NCBI GenBank assembly: GCA_030704615.1
Contig: CM060731.1
Span: 48,360,001 to 48,424,000, forward strand
DNA length: 64,000 nucleotides
Origin: Takakia lepidozioides
Lineage: Eukaryota; Plantae; Bryophyta
Reading direction: 5' to 3'
A program made the position numbers and the translations under genes. The first letter of the stretch is position 1, and every line of letters starts with the position of its first letter. The notes under the pieces were generated by a model. It ran no database searches and had not been told where the DNA came from. It worked only from the letters and a program-made list of their open reading frames with translations. Shown here one piece after another: positions 25,221 through 38,100 of the stretch.

Positions 25221-26363
25221 TTACACGCTTGATGCGATGCGGAGATTGTTATACCTTTGCATGTTCGTATAAATGCTATCCACGCTACGGTTTGACATGC
25301 GTGCGACACGTTGCAAGCCTGACAGTGCCCGCTTTACCCGTGCTTCTCTGGAGGCCAAATGGGTCGTTCATTGTACCCAATTCTCCCAATCGCCATTCAA
25401 TGGGACCCATGCCTGAATCTCCAGCGTTTTGGACAAGCGCCATACAGTTGCCATGACAATGTCCTGCTCCTTTGTAACGCGGTCGACATCTAATATCGGG
25501 TTCATCTCCGATTGAATGGCGACCCTCGATTATTCCCCGGTTTCCAGTACTGGTTCTTTTCTTTTTCTCCTTCTCTCATCCGCAATTCGCTGTTCCTCAA
25601 CCATGGTTTCATCGGCCATAGGGTCAAGGACGTCCGTAACTTCCTGAATGATGAGGTCAATACTGCGATCGAGCATCGCAAACTCCGCGTCCATGTCCAC
25701 GACGTTTGTTCGATCCTCATTGTGGACAACAGTGCCTTCATTGTTTGGAGGTATGTCTTGCAATCTAGCTTCCAACTCGGCTATGCGCAGTGTTTGTCAG
25801 TCTAGTCGGTCCTGCAGGGTCCTGATTCGCTGGTCTCTTTCTGCCAGTTGTTCCTCTAACGTTGCAGCCGGTTGTATTTCGAACGTGTCCAGGATGTACT
25901 CCAAATCGTATAGCAACCTTGCATTCCTCCTACTAGCAGTTTGCCAATTCACTGGACGCAAGAGTATGACCTCCAAGTACAACATGGTTGCCAAGGTATA
26001 CGGGATTTGACCCTTTAAGAGAGGTTGACCCCACAATGTGCAATGCACCTCATTCGCCCTATGCTGGAAATGCAAGTTCGTGCAAGACCTGGACTCTACG
26101 TAATTGTTTCGGGTTTGCACGTCATGCCTATCCAAAGGCCACAATCGATTGATGTGATACCATTTTAGGATTTTTTTGCATCTCGCCATCCGCCATCAGA
26201 ATTCTTCTGGAACGTCCTCCCAGCCCTCTTCTGCTAGTATGCTAGGGTCACCAAATACTTCCCAATTCAAGTCTTGTCTTTACCCTTTGATTTTCTTAGG
26301 GGGCGGTCCATGTTCATTGGGGTCATCTTTTCCATAACGGTCATCGTCCTGGCCCTCTGCCAT
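25221..26363 (-). pseudogene. Unknown cargo ORF A, about 380 codons in one frame with five internal stops
   Basis: ORFs 25797-26189 and 25530-25775 are in frame with ATG 26363. It contains an NLS-like PPPKKIK, a coiled-coil (LEEQLAERDQRIRTLQDRL...IAELEARL) and RRRKRK. The stops are TAA/TGA, consistent with C-to-T decay. Confidence 0.6.
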
Positions 26364-26729
26364 TCTACAACAATCGGAGCAACACTAAACGAGGTTTTCT
26401 AAAAAGACGTAACTCTAAACCCTTCCCTCGTTAAGTAGGTTTGAGTAGGTGTCAAAATAGTTCTTAAAAGCTAATTTTGTAGAATAAAATGATCCTGGAA
26501 GCCAGATGAGGGCCTATGGGAGCATTCTGCAACGACCTCACAGAAATCGTGGCAAAAAATACCCCCCATCCAACCAATGGCCTCCTTCTCCACGTGACTA
26601 CGTGTCGGGGATAATTAAATGTCACGCATACAGAAGTTGTGTGGAGAAGTGAGGGGAGAATAAGCCTCTCTTGGCGTATATCCCCCCCCCCCTCATTTCT
26701 CGGGCCACGTACGGGGCGAATATTCTAGA

Positions 26730-26962
26730 AGCGACCGCCAACTTGGCGGTCGCTCGATTTTTCGGAAAATAAAAAAATAAACGACCGCCAGAACTGGCGG
26801 TCGCTCCATTTTCTGGAAAGAAAAAAAATAAGCGACCGCCAACATAGGCGGTCGCTTCATCTAAAAAAAATTTAAAAAAATAAGCGACCGCCAACATAGA
26901 CGGTCGCTTCATTTTCAAAAACTTAAAAAAAAATAAGCGACTGCCAACATAGGCGGTCGCTT
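26730..26962. repeat. Palindrome array 3 (5 units, about 52-bp period)
   Basis: gcgaccgccaacataggcggtcgc-type units at about 26731, 26781, 26832, 26885 and 26937. Confidence 0.95.
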
Positions 26963-27429
26963 CATTTTCATTTTCATCCAGTCTCGTCGACTGTACAATG
27001 GGTTCGACACAATCGTTTGTATAAACATGGTTGCGTATGTCAATCGGTCCTGGCAGTACATCACCCCTAAGCTCCATTGGGGCACTACCGGTGGCTTCAG
27101 CGTGTAGTGGGAGGTGAGGGTCGACCCCAACTTCATTTTGAGGACCATGTTCTAGGGATAACACAATTGCAGCTTCACCTTCATCTGCGATACGTCTTCA
27201 AGAAGGTCATTAAAGGTCGGCTGGATATAAGCATCTTCCTCTGTGAATGTAAACGGGTCATACGCATTTTCGAGAGCATCATCGGATCCATCTTCACTAT
27301 CGGAGGCAGATGATTCCCTCTCAGATGATTATCTCTGAGGCTCAGTATCATCACTCATCGAATCAGCCTCAGAAGCAGATTCTTCGGAATGCAAATTCCT
27401 CTCATACCATGCTGCAGCATCATCCGCTG

Positions 27430-28975
27430 TCCTCTCACGTAGCAGTCGGCAATTGGTATACACATACACCAATTTGTCAGCCCTCGCGGGATTCAACCTG
27501 TTGCAAATCTTATTGTGAACAAATGAGTAACTACTTCAATTGCGTTCGCAAGATGAGGCAGAGCACACTTGAGCAATAATGCGCTTCGCAATGGGAGCCA
27601 ATGTTATTGTTTCAGCTCTAATCAGATCCCACCATTCATGTGGCAGCATATTGAGCTCTTTTGGATCCGACATGTCCTCAAAATGGTCGCGGCGATCTGA
27701 GAAGCATTGGTACTCGGATATAGCTCTCTCTGCATGGTTCGGCGGAGCTAGTCGCATGAACACTCGCACGAGGCCGGCCTTGGCATCAGCGTCGTCTCGG
27801 AGCATGGTATTATCGAACAAGAATGGATTGAGCAAAGTCCCCGCATAATGCAAGTCCGTTTGAACCATCAAACGACAATCGTAAAATGCATCCTCAGCAC
27901 TGTTCGCAAGTTCAGGTTCCAAGGAGAAGGGATGATGCATCAAGGATTGGACGTGCTTCTCAAGATTTTGCATTAGTAACCATGTCTTGCCCATTACTGG
28001 TTGCTTTCCATCAAACTCCCGCAAGACGATTAACACCGGCTCTACCATATAAACAAAGTTTTCACATTTCTTCCAGAAATCATCGCTGCGAATGCTATTT
28101 CGAACTTTTCAACTTTTGCCCAATGGCTTGCTTTTCTGGAGTCCCGCAATGTCCGTGTGTACGCAACCCATTGATGATCGATGATGGTGTGCCCCAGACT
28201 GCTCTTCACCGTCACCAACCGATCCACCATCAAGAAGTTAGTGACAAAACGAGTTTCGCTTGGATTGCGGAGGCTGTATTTGGTTTCGTGCCTCCTATAT
28301 ATTGCCAAAAGGATGTGGTATATGCGGATGAACGACACAACAGTCTTCACTCGCTTGACAAGTTGTTTCACCCACTGTTCTTTTCCCCAATCTTCCAAAA
28401 AGAGGTCAATGATATGAGTAGCACAACCTTGAAAGTACATATTAGGATAACGTGCCAACAACATGTCTGCAATGTTTCTCATGTTAGCGGCATTGTCTGT
28501 GCATATTTGCACAATTCTATCACTTCCGACCTGTTCGATGAAGTCCGTCAATAGTTCTCATTGATAAATGTTCATCTTTCTTCTCGCCGCTAGAGTCGAC
28601 TGATCCCAAGAATTGTTCCCCAGCTGGACATACGAGCATGACATTGAACAACAGTCTATTTGTGACAGAACTCCAACCCTCGGCACATATAGTGCTTCCA
28701 TATTTTCTGATGCACTCGCCCGTCCTATCGTTGACCTTTTGGATAAGCTCCGTCATGGCGTCTTCTAGCAATCATGTGCGGAGATTGTGATGAGTCGGAG
28801 ACACGTACGTGGATCTGGACTCCGAGGTTGCTCTAACGGCAGAAACAAATGTCGGAAGCCTTGCCACATTAAATGGTATGTTGGCCTCGAAGAAAAACTG
28901 TGCCCATTTTTTATCCACCTGTCTTTTCGCAGACAACTTAAGACCTTATTGCATGGATTGCTGCCGTAATCTTCT
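27430..28975 (-). mobile_element. hAT-superfamily transposase core (DUF659 plus C-terminal dimerisation domain), pseudogenised, N-terminus missing
   Basis: WAQFFFEANIPFNVA, GSTICAEGWSS, IVQICTDNAANM, CATHIIDLFLED, ETRF, LHYAGTLLNP and EWW...SASSCERN*; contains frameshifts and stops. Confidence 0.9.
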
Positions 28976-28987
28976 ACTCCGTTAAAG

Positions 28988-29665
28988 TGTAGGGGTACAA
29001 ACCCTACAACACTTGCAGAACAAGAGCTTCTTCACAAGCTCTCAAACTTTTCAATGGGGCTCTCCTTGAAGACCTCCTCTTGTATATAAACACCACAAGA
29101 CTTTCCTCTTGCAAACCCTGCAACACCTTGTAACTTAAGAGCTATCTATCAAGCCCTCTTCCACACACAAGTGCTAACTATGCTAACACCTTGCACTCAT
29201 AGATGTAAGCAGGTCTTCTTCTAGTGATACGAAAATGGTGAAAATAGGAGAAACCACTCTATCACGTTATATAAGTCAAGCCAATGGCACCTTTGCTAAA
29301 GAACTCCACCATATAAACCTCACCCACTCTCCATCTCAAATACTAGAGCTGTGGCGGCGAGAGAGGCCTCGGGAGGCTCGACTAGAAGAAGACGAGCCTG
29401 CCTATGTCTCACGTGGAGATAACCTCTCCACGTCCCAAGTGAGGTTCGCCACCTCACTTGGCACATGGAACCAAATGAAGTCCCAATGCCAACAAAATAC
29501 AAATATAAATGTATAATATCTTAATTAGCTAGAAATAACTATTTCTAACTAATCACAAACAAAACCATGACACCTCTTTGCAACCCCCTTGTATTCTCTT
29601 TGATCATAGCTACCATCTTAACTTGGAGTTAATCAACTCTCTATGAAATCAATGTGCCCCAATCA
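28988..29665. mobile_element. Probable LTR (TG...CA, about 680 bp) truncating the hAT transposase
   Basis: Termini TGTAGGGG...CCCCAATCA form an imperfect inverted repeat and there are internal TATA-like motifs. No TSD was found. Confidence 0.4.
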
Positions 29666-32439
29666 ACTGCCGCCGTCGAAATCTAATGAATCAAGACATT
29701 ATCGATGAAATTTAATGAAAAAGGGTGCCGAATTTTAGAAAAATCGGATGAAGCTTGGATGAAAAAGTTAAAATTGCCATTAAGCCTGCCGAACCTAGCA
29801 TAATTCCGGGGGGGTTTAATGATTCCGGCAGGGGTCTGACGAAATAGAGCGACCTCTACGGTATACATAATGACGTGGCACATCAGACGTCATGTTCAGA
29901 CACTCCATTTGGTTTAAGTCATGTCTTAACTAGGCTTGATTGAATTTGGGCCGCATCTGTGGCTTCCACTAGCTAAGGGTTTGTAAAATGCAGAAATATC
30001 CATCGTTGTTCTTAAAAACAAGTCTGATCAGCTATTATATTGTTCCAATCTCATTGTCCATTTGTTGTATTGTTACTAGATCAGCAAGAATTCCATACGT
30101 TCTTAGGCAGTTTTAAAATTTGGGCCCTGTCTTGTCTTCATTGAGTTTTTTCTTCATCCAGCTTTAAGGTCTAATTCAGAGCGGGCGCTTCAGCTCTGAA
30201 TAGAAAGGTGATTATTGTATTGTGACCCTACATCCAATGAAGCAAAAAAATGACAATTTAAGTACAATGACAAAAACATAGTCACTAGGGAGTGTTTATT
30301 TTTTTGTTTACTTTAGACATATCAAAGATTGGACAGAGATTGCCCCATACTCAAAATCAGTGAATCCATTTGGTTGAGTCCATTCATGTGAAGACAATAA
30401 ATTGGTCATAGAGAGCAATGTACAAATAAAAGAGCAATGAATCAAATATCAGAAGAATAAAAGTCAAATAGAATTAGGATCCAAATTAACCACCAAGTAT
30501 GAAAAAATTAAAGAGTAAAAAAGGACATCGATCAATGATAGCCGAGTACAAAGTTTTGTTCTGCATATTATCAACACAACAAAGCGAAATTAACTATTGA
30601 AGATAATCAGAAAATGATCATTTGAACTACCGGAGTCTGAACAAATTCAATGAATGAATTCATTGAAACGAGGGAGATGAAGCGTGTATGTACATGTACG
30701 TGTCTGTGGATGTGAAAAATTTAGACATTTTGGAGATTTGATTTTTTTTTATAAGAGAACCCACTGGTAGCTGAGCCTCTGCTCATCTCTTCTCATAAAA
30801 TATTAGATGGACCAATGCACTGCCATCAACCTCTCATTGAAGAAGCATACAGACCTCGTTGTAGCGCAAGGTTGGTTGATGTATGCAGTAGTCTCTCTTG
30901 AAGTCACACAACATCCTTCTCAATGTGACACATCCCACTTTTGAACCAAGTGGTCGCTCAAATTTCAATATATGCCAAATACCATATCTGTAATCAATTT
31001 CATGTATGTTCATGCAAGATTGGGTGTTGGGAAGAACATATGTGTGTCCCATCTTTGGAGATAGAGTCGGAGATGAGGACGATCCAGCGACAGTCATGTG
31101 AGTTGAGACACCTATATTGCATGTTGAGCTCGATCCATCCTTAGAACAACCTGTGGGCACTGATGGATCAAAGGCAAATGCAAAAGGACTAGCAGTTCCA
31201 CCTCGTGGACGGCCTCCAATGTCACGCTATACGAGCACATCGTCTGCTCCATTTCCTAACTCAATAGGCAAGAAAAAAAAAATAGCAGCCAGGGTGTAGC
31301 ATTGAAGAGCACAGATCCTTGCCACGACCTCCTACATTGGAGTCCGAGTGACGGGCCTTGATGTCCTCCACGGACGGAGGAGGCCAGGGGGGAGGCGCTC
31401 CTACAATATTGGTGGGAGGAGGCCAGTAGGAGACAATCATCCCAAAATAATCCTATCAAAAGTTTTTGCATTAAAATGACTGACAATAGTGTTTGTCATC
31501 GTGGATAATGTCCACTTGCAAAATTTTCAAAGAGTAAAACAAAAAAAATTCAAGAATGTCAGCTTGAAAAAAGATATAATAACGGTGTGTGACTCGTAGA
31601 AGTTGCAAATGATCGCATGTCATTTTTATAGCAAGAAACTTGAGTCTTCGAATTGTTGTTAAATAGAGCATAATTCAAATCCCATGAGTTAAGATGCAGA
31701 TGACAAAATCCAAAACGTTAAGACCTCTCACTTCGAAGAACAACACTTCGAACAGACTAGTAGATATGACTGTGAAGAACACTGCTCTAACAACAACTTT
31801 TGTGGGAACATCGACCTCAATTGGCTGTCGATTTGCGTCTCTTAGGAGCAGTTGTGATGAGATATTGGGACTCTTAACGCTTGACCTGCCCACTGGGTTT
31901 TTAATGTTTGTATTTCTATGCCTGAGCTGCGAGGTTACCGACCGACTCCATCGGAGAAGTGACAAGTCCCCAACAAACAACACAAAAGGCTCACAAGCAG
32001 GTAAAACTTTATTCTTATATTTATAATCAGTATTCCTTGCTTTGTTTTGAGTTTTCTAATCAGTTGCACTCTATAGTTTTTTTTACAACTTAACCCATTG
32101 AATTCTAGGATTCATTGAAAGGGTGCGTGTGCACAATTGGAACGACAAGACTTTATTTGAAACACTGACAAATGCTTTATATTATGGCAAATGTTATGTT
32201 ATGTTAAGGCAAATGTTATGGAATATGTGGTTAACATGGTAAGTATGCCCATGTAGCCACATGGAGTAAGTGTTAGGATTGCGAGCAAAGAGTCCCATTT
32301 GCAACAGAAAGACGTTGTAGATAGCCCCTAATGGTTCTCTGCCAACTTTATGCTGTGGGGACGTCGGATGTCACAAACCCCCTTTAGCCGTTGAAGTGCG
32401 ATGAATTCAACATCAAACCAAAAAGAGATCTAATTGCTC

Positions 32440-33015
32440 TATTTACTTACACAAAGAAATCCAGGACAAAGCTTAATTTACTAATTCACAGTCTATCCGA
32501 CAATCAACTCATGAGTATGATGAATGAGACTACAACAAAGAGGATTGAGATATTGCTCTCACTAAACAACACGTTGACAAAAGGCTTGCTAGCAAGATTT
32601 TTTTTGATGAGGAAGTTCTTAATGATCCGAATAAACCCTGTGGACACAAAGGAGCGTCACCTCAACTTGCTCTTGAGTCTCTCTCCAAGGGGAAAACTCC
32701 AAGATGGTTTTCCTACCAAAGTTTTTCTTGACTTATGGAATAGTGTTGGCTCAAGTTTGCTAGCTCTTTTTACTAGACTTTGGGGTATTGTATATATGCC
32801 TCAGTACAATAATATCTTTTTTAGTTCCAAAAAGAGGAGATTAAAGCTCGTCTCAAGAATTGGAGGCCGATTACATTACTAAGCACAATGGACACAAGAA
32901 TCTTGCAAAAACTCTTGTCATTCGACTATAGTCTGTACTCCTCTATTTGGTTAGACCTAATCAAACGAGCTTTGTGAAAGATCGAGGTCTACTCGACAAT
33001 GTTATTGTATGGGCA
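32440..33015 (+). mobile_element. Fused Copia gag fragment (about 32440-32670) and LINE RT fragment (about 32680-33015)
   Basis: LIHSLSDNQL...FLMRKFLMIRI...ERHLN is gag-like, followed by DGFP..F...W and NWRPITLL from LINE RT. Confidence 0.6.
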
Positions 33016-33684
33016 TTATAGGACATCTCAACGAATCCCGAGCCATTCCAATGAGGAGACTCCGTCAATTTAATCTGGCTTTGGTGATGAGAGGATACAA
33101 AATACCTTGGCTTCACTATAGGAGAACGTGGTTTTTATGACTACAAATATGACTGCCCCACAGTCATGAAAAAGTATATATGATTGTAGGGCCCATATAT
33201 ACTCATGCAGAGAGACCCTGTAACTTTTTTTGCTATAGATGGTCATAGTCATAAGCGCCATACAATCACATGTATCAAATCATATCCTTAACTGTTATTG
33301 ATCATCAGATTGAATTTGTTACAAAATTGTGATGTGGGTTGAACAGAACTTATAACATTCAATGATGCGGAGGATGATTTTGTGGACGTCATGAGTTCTG
33401 GTGAAAGTAAAACAGGGTCATTTAAAGAGCCCTTTTGTGTATCAAGAATTATGGACACATGGCTGCTCCAAAGCTTCTGAAGCTTTTTGTGAGGAGAGTG
33501 TGAATGACTAGTTTAGTGAATTGTTGCTACCTACAGCTCAAATGAAGAGCCTCTCTATGCATGTACATCTGGCCTTATGTTCTACTTTAGCGGTTGATCA
33601 ATGAATGCATCATATGATGCAAGTTGGAAGGGAAGTTAAAAATTCCGAATCCCTGTGACGATCTACTATCGAAGGTAATCCGCC

Positions 33685-35865
33685 TTAGCAGCGCTGGGCA
33701 AAAGGGCCGGGTGTCCCAGTCCAACCGTCCACGCATTTGAGAAGAGGACCCACAAGCTTGCCTTGGGAGATGGCATTGTACACCTTCTCAATCTCTTGAC
33801 CAGGAGACACAGTCCTCAAGCCTGATAGCAACTGGGTCCCTAATTCTGACCTCACAAATCTGTAGAGAGGGTATGTCCTGCAGTCTTCAATCCGGTTTGG
33901 CACTGCCGAATACCCCTTGTTATCGTACGACTCCCGGACCAAAGGTACAGCAATGTTCAGGCGCGTCTTCAACTCCTCTTCAAAGATTGCAATCCTGTGG
34001 AACACTGATGTAGTCTCCGATTTTTCATTCTTGGGGTTTTGGAGCGCATGACTCACCAAGACTTCCCTTAGTTTCTGCATCAGGGGGTAAGTTTCACTGC
34101 TGGCATCATCGATGTAGCTGAATACAGGCTGGCGATCCACCAGGCTGAGAAGGTCCTTCTCGCAGAACCGTGATGGCAAAAGTGCGCCGTTACTGCCTGT
34201 GAAGAGCGTCTTCTTGGCGACGTGGGAAACAATTTGCCTCACTGTCGTCTGCATCGTCTCCTCGATGTGGCGAAGGTCCACGGCCTGGCAGAGGCCCACC
34301 AAGAAAGTGGAGCTCATAAGCTTCAGAATCTCAATAGATTCCTCGGTCTTTCTTGCAGACACTAAACCCAGCGAGTTGACATCCTGGTTGTGCTGCTCAG
34401 CACTTTGCACGTGGGTGGTCACTGGGTTGGCTAAGTAGTTCAACTCCGAGAGGTATGAAGCCATGGCGATCTCCCCGCCCTTCATTCCGTAGTCCAGACT
34501 TGGGTTAGGTCCTCCACTGAGGTTTGAAGGAAGCCCATTGTTGTAGTAGTCGTTTACCAGCTCAGAGAACTGTGCAAACATGAGCTTCCCAATCGCAGCA
34601 ACGGCCAACCGCATGTTGTCCATGGAGACTCCAATGGGGGTTCCTTGGAAATTCCCGCCATGCAGGGCCCTGTCCCCGGCAGCATCAATGATTGGGTTGT
34701 CGTTGACAGAGTTGATTTCTCTTTGAATGGCATGTGTGGCATTGCGAATCACCTCCACCTGTGGGCCGAGCCATTGTGGGGAAGTCCGTAGCGCATATCG
34801 ATCCTGCTTGGGTTTCTTCAAAGGGTCGGTCTCATGGAGTTTTGCTGCTGCCTTCATGTATGAGCTTCCATCGAGCACCCACTCCATAATGGCAGCCGCC
34901 TCCATCTGGCCTGGGTGGTGCTTCAGCTTGTGCGTCAGGGGATCAGCAAACTCGGGCTTTCCTTGCATCACCTCACAGAACAGGGCCGAAAGAACCTCAG
35001 CCAGTAGGACCATCACATTCGCGTCAAAGCAGACAGTGGATGCCAAGGCTGACCCCACCGCTGTTCCATTGACAATGGCCAGGCCTTCCTTGGGCTGCAA
35101 TTCAAAAGGTTTCTCGACCCCGGCCAGTCTCAGAGCTTCCAAGGCTGACACTTCCTGTCCGTCCTCGGTGACAGCTCTGGAGTTGGGCCTGGCAGTAAGT
35201 AGTCCCGCGATGTAAGATAAAGGAACAAGGTCTCCAGAAGCGGTGACGGTCCCTCGGAGTGGCAACTTGGGTGTGACATTTGCATTCAAAAGCTTTTCCA
35301 TGGCTTCCAGGATCTCCCAACGAATGCCAGAGAATCCCTGCATTAACGTGTTGGTGCGCACAAGCATGGCTGCCCGCGTGGTGCACGCAGGGAGGGTGTT
35401 GCCCTTGCCCAAAACTCCCGCATTCAGAAACCTAATGAGCTCTCTCTGGAGCTCCACCCCTTGCTGTGTACGCCGGTGGGAGGTGGCTCCGAAACCAGTT
35501 GTGACGCCATAGATATCCCCACCGTTCATGATCTTCTGGAGAACCCAGTTGGAGCTTTCGTCCACTCGATTCTTGGCATTGGCCGCATCCAGCACCACTC
35601 TCACCTCTGGTCGGCGGGCCACGGCTGCCACTTGAGCAACCGTTAAGGTCACCCCTTCAATGGCTACTTCGGTTGCGTCATAGAATGTTTTCACCATATC
35701 TTTAACCTCGTCCAGGTGATTGCCTTGCAGGGCTGAGGCTGCTCGCCCCCAGTTGAGAGGGTCAGCAGGCTGTACCTTTGTGCAAAAAGATTCCAAACTA
35801 GCCTCGTGCTCAGCTTTGATGCCACTGCCATTGACGCTCACCCGAGCTCCGTTGGCCGTCACCAT
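33685..35865 (-). CDS. PAL: Phenylalanine ammonia-lyase, intronless, 726 aa (copy 2, identical protein)
   Basis: Translation identical to copy 1, as are all overlapping alternative-frame ORFs. Confidence 0.99.
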   Translation of the reverse strand: MVTANGARVSVNGSGIKAEHEASLESFCTKVQPADPLNWGRAASALQGNHLDEVKDMVKTFYDATEVAIEGVTLTVAQVAAVARRPEVRVVLDAANAKNRVDESSNWVLQKIMNGGDIYGVTTGFGATSHRRTQQGVELQRELIRFLNAGVLGKGNTLPACTTRAAMLVRTNTLMQGFSGIRWEILEAMEKLLNANVTPKLPLRGTVTASGDLVPLSYIAGLLTARPNSRAVTEDGQEVSALEALRLAGVEKPFELQPKEGLAIVNGTAVGSALASTVCFDANVMVLLAEVLSALFCEVMQGKPEFADPLTHKLKHHPGQMEAAAIMEWVLDGSSYMKAAAKLHETDPLKKPKQDRYALRTSPQWLGPQVEVIRNATHAIQREINSVNDNPIIDAAGDRALHGGNFQGTPIGVSMDNMRLAVAAIGKLMFAQFSELVNDYYNNGLPSNLSGGPNPSLDYGMKGGEIAMASYLSELNYLANPVTTHVQSAEQHNQDVNSLGLVSARKTEESIEILKLMSSTFLVGLCQAVDLRHIEETMQTTVRQIVSHVAKKTLFTGSNGALLPSRFCEKDLLSLVDRQPVFSYIDDASSETYPLMQKLREVLVSHALQNPKNEKSETTSVFHRIAIFEEELKTRLNIAVPLVRESYDNKGYSAVPNRIEDCRTYPLYRFVRSELGTQLLSGLRTVSPGQEIEKVYNAISQGKLVGPLLKCVDGWTGTPGPFAQRC

Positions 35866-36111
35866 CCTCGCAGAACTTTAATGGAGACCGTGGAAAGAAA
35901 ACTAAATAAGAATTATATACCGTCCCCGCGAGTGTTGAGAAAGGAACAGAGAGAAGAGAGGCCTGTTGCGAGCTACACGGATCACAGAGAAGGGAACCTC
36001 TTCAATGGATGGAATTCCAGGTGATCTTAGTGCTGTTGAATTCAATATCTCTGAGACACCCAATCCGGAGTTTGATCGGAGAGTGATGAGAATGAGAGTC
36101 CTGAGGAGCTG

Positions 36112-36119
36112 TATTTATA
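36112..36119 (-). promoter_or_regulatory. Probable TATA box of PAL copy 2
   Basis: Same motif and context as 3377-3384. Confidence 0.6.
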
Positions 36120-38100
36120 AGCAGTGGACATAAGAGCTAGTCATGTGGGACCCAGGGGCTGATACGAAGCTGGCTGGCAGGCTCCAATACATAGGCAGTC
36201 CACGGCTGCGTCGCGACTCGCCACACCTCAAATCTGCACGCGGCCTTACTTGACTAGGTCACGCAAAGTTGAAAAACAGACCAGTATGTGATAGAATACA
36301 TATATATACACAATGCACCATCTCACAGGTGAAGTGTTGATCGGCTGAGCAGCAGCAGCCTCTCGAGAATGTGAGCAGACCATGTTGACCAGCTTCTCTC
36401 CACAACACACGTTGCTAGTGAGGCGAACTGGGAAACGCGCTGCCAAATGTGAGCACCACCTCTTTGACTATTTGAAAACCGTCCAAAGCCAACTACATAC
36501 ACTTCTTTGACTGAAGCATGGAAGATGAGGAGCACGTTGACAATTGAGTCAAATTGGGAGTATGTTTAAATATCTTATTTATTTATGGAAGTGGAAAACT
36601 CCAATTTGAAAACAGAACTTGGGTTCTGTGTTCCAGTACCTGGCTGTTGTTTTTGAGCACTCAAGAAATTTGAAAATGTGAAGACGAGTCATCTCACATG
36701 TAATACGTGACACTCATGCGATGGATTGAGGCGGAACGAAGACTGAAAGGAGAGAGGAGAGAGCACAGAATAGATGTGGGCTACATATGTCGGAAAGACG
36801 AAGAGAAGAGGAGTCCTCAAGAGACCCTAAACCGAGTGTTCAAAGTTGTTGTTGTGAGTGAAATTGTGTGCATGTGCAAAGTAAAATTCACAAAACCGAG
36901 GTGTAAGATAATTTTGAATGCTCACAAGAGGGCATTTGCAGTTATTTCAGGTAGACCTACATATAGTGGCCCTAATGTGTCAGTGCAATTGGCATCATGT
37001 GCCATTCGCTGGCTGTACAAACAAATTGGGATTACCTGTGAGTATGTGTTCGTGGTAGGCACAGAGATGGTTTGTTTCCTGGTCTTCATGCTAGGCTTTG
37101 GTTTCTGTTTTGAGTTTGTTTAGAATGGACACCCTACATCTCGCGGGTATGTTGGTGAGAGGGCAAGACGGCACGGCCTGGTTGCTCGAAATTCCCCTAT
37201 GCTTTGAACTTTGAAGAAAGAGCCTTTCCAGGCCGTCGCTAACCAGGCTAGCCTGTCCTTAAGAGCCCTGCCAAATGGCATGCGGTTGGTTTGGCACATA
37301 ATAGTTGGAGAATTCTGCCACTGACCAAGTTTGAAAAATGTTTTATCACGAGGGCTGTCTCTTGGACAGTGCCAAATAGTAGGAGAATTCTGCCACCAGT
37401 TGACCAAGTTTGAAAAATGTTTTATCACAAGGGCTGTCACTTGGACAGGGAGTGAATAAAAGAAACGAGGTGTCAGCACAGTAAGAGAAGCCTAGGCTGC
37501 ATGTATACAGTCCGTATGCAGTTCTGTCATTGATGATTGAAATGTACTGCAATGTGCGCATGGTCTGCATCCAACTGTCGTAGTGATCCCCTGGTTTCGA
37601 TTCAGCAGTCGCGGGAACCCTGAACCCCACGTACGAACTGTGTTAGTTCTAGACTAAACGAGTTCTAGACTCGATATTTGATCAGTATGAATTATCAAGC
37701 TCTAGATACGTTTACAAATCGTAGAGCTAGATTGAATGTTTAGGACTTCAAATTAATCCAGCTTCAAAATGTCACTCTGGATGATTTAAGGTACATATAT
37801 ATCTCAACTTCGGGAGATATATTTATGACGATGCCAACCGAAGTTCCAGAATTGTAACAGCTGTGTAACTAGTGTATGATCTATAGACCGCATACCTAGA
37901 TTCTAGCTGTGGTTTCCAAAAAATGTAGCATTCATGAAATAGATACGTCGGATAAGTTTGAATTTACAAACCTGTCCATGGTGTGTGTAATTACAACTCG
38001 TCGAAGAAAATGCACATGGCACCGCTCTAGCCCTCGAATCCACATCCTGATCGTCATTATATGCTGTATTACAGAGAAGCAGCAGCAAGATACATGCAGG

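Larger units (their letters stand above)
19245..29972 (+). mobile_element. Candidate Helitron/Helentron-like non-autonomous composite element carrying cargo genes
   Basis: The 5' TCTGACGTGACGT (19253-19265) is inverted relative to the 3' ACGTCATGTTCAGA (29887-29900). A GC hairpin GGCCGCA-TC-TGTGGCT (29949-29964) precedes CTAG (29969-29972). The left end cuts the Gypsy integrase abruptly. No Rep/helicase ORF was seen. Confidence 0.45.

Noticed and set aside
19245-29972. Endogenous giant virus or Polinton
   Set aside because: No capsid, packaging ATPase, PolB or other viral hallmark was recognisable. This cannot be fully excluded without profile searches.
30000-32400. AT-rich stretch with short ORFs
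   Set aside because: No motif, repeat or splice pattern could be supported.
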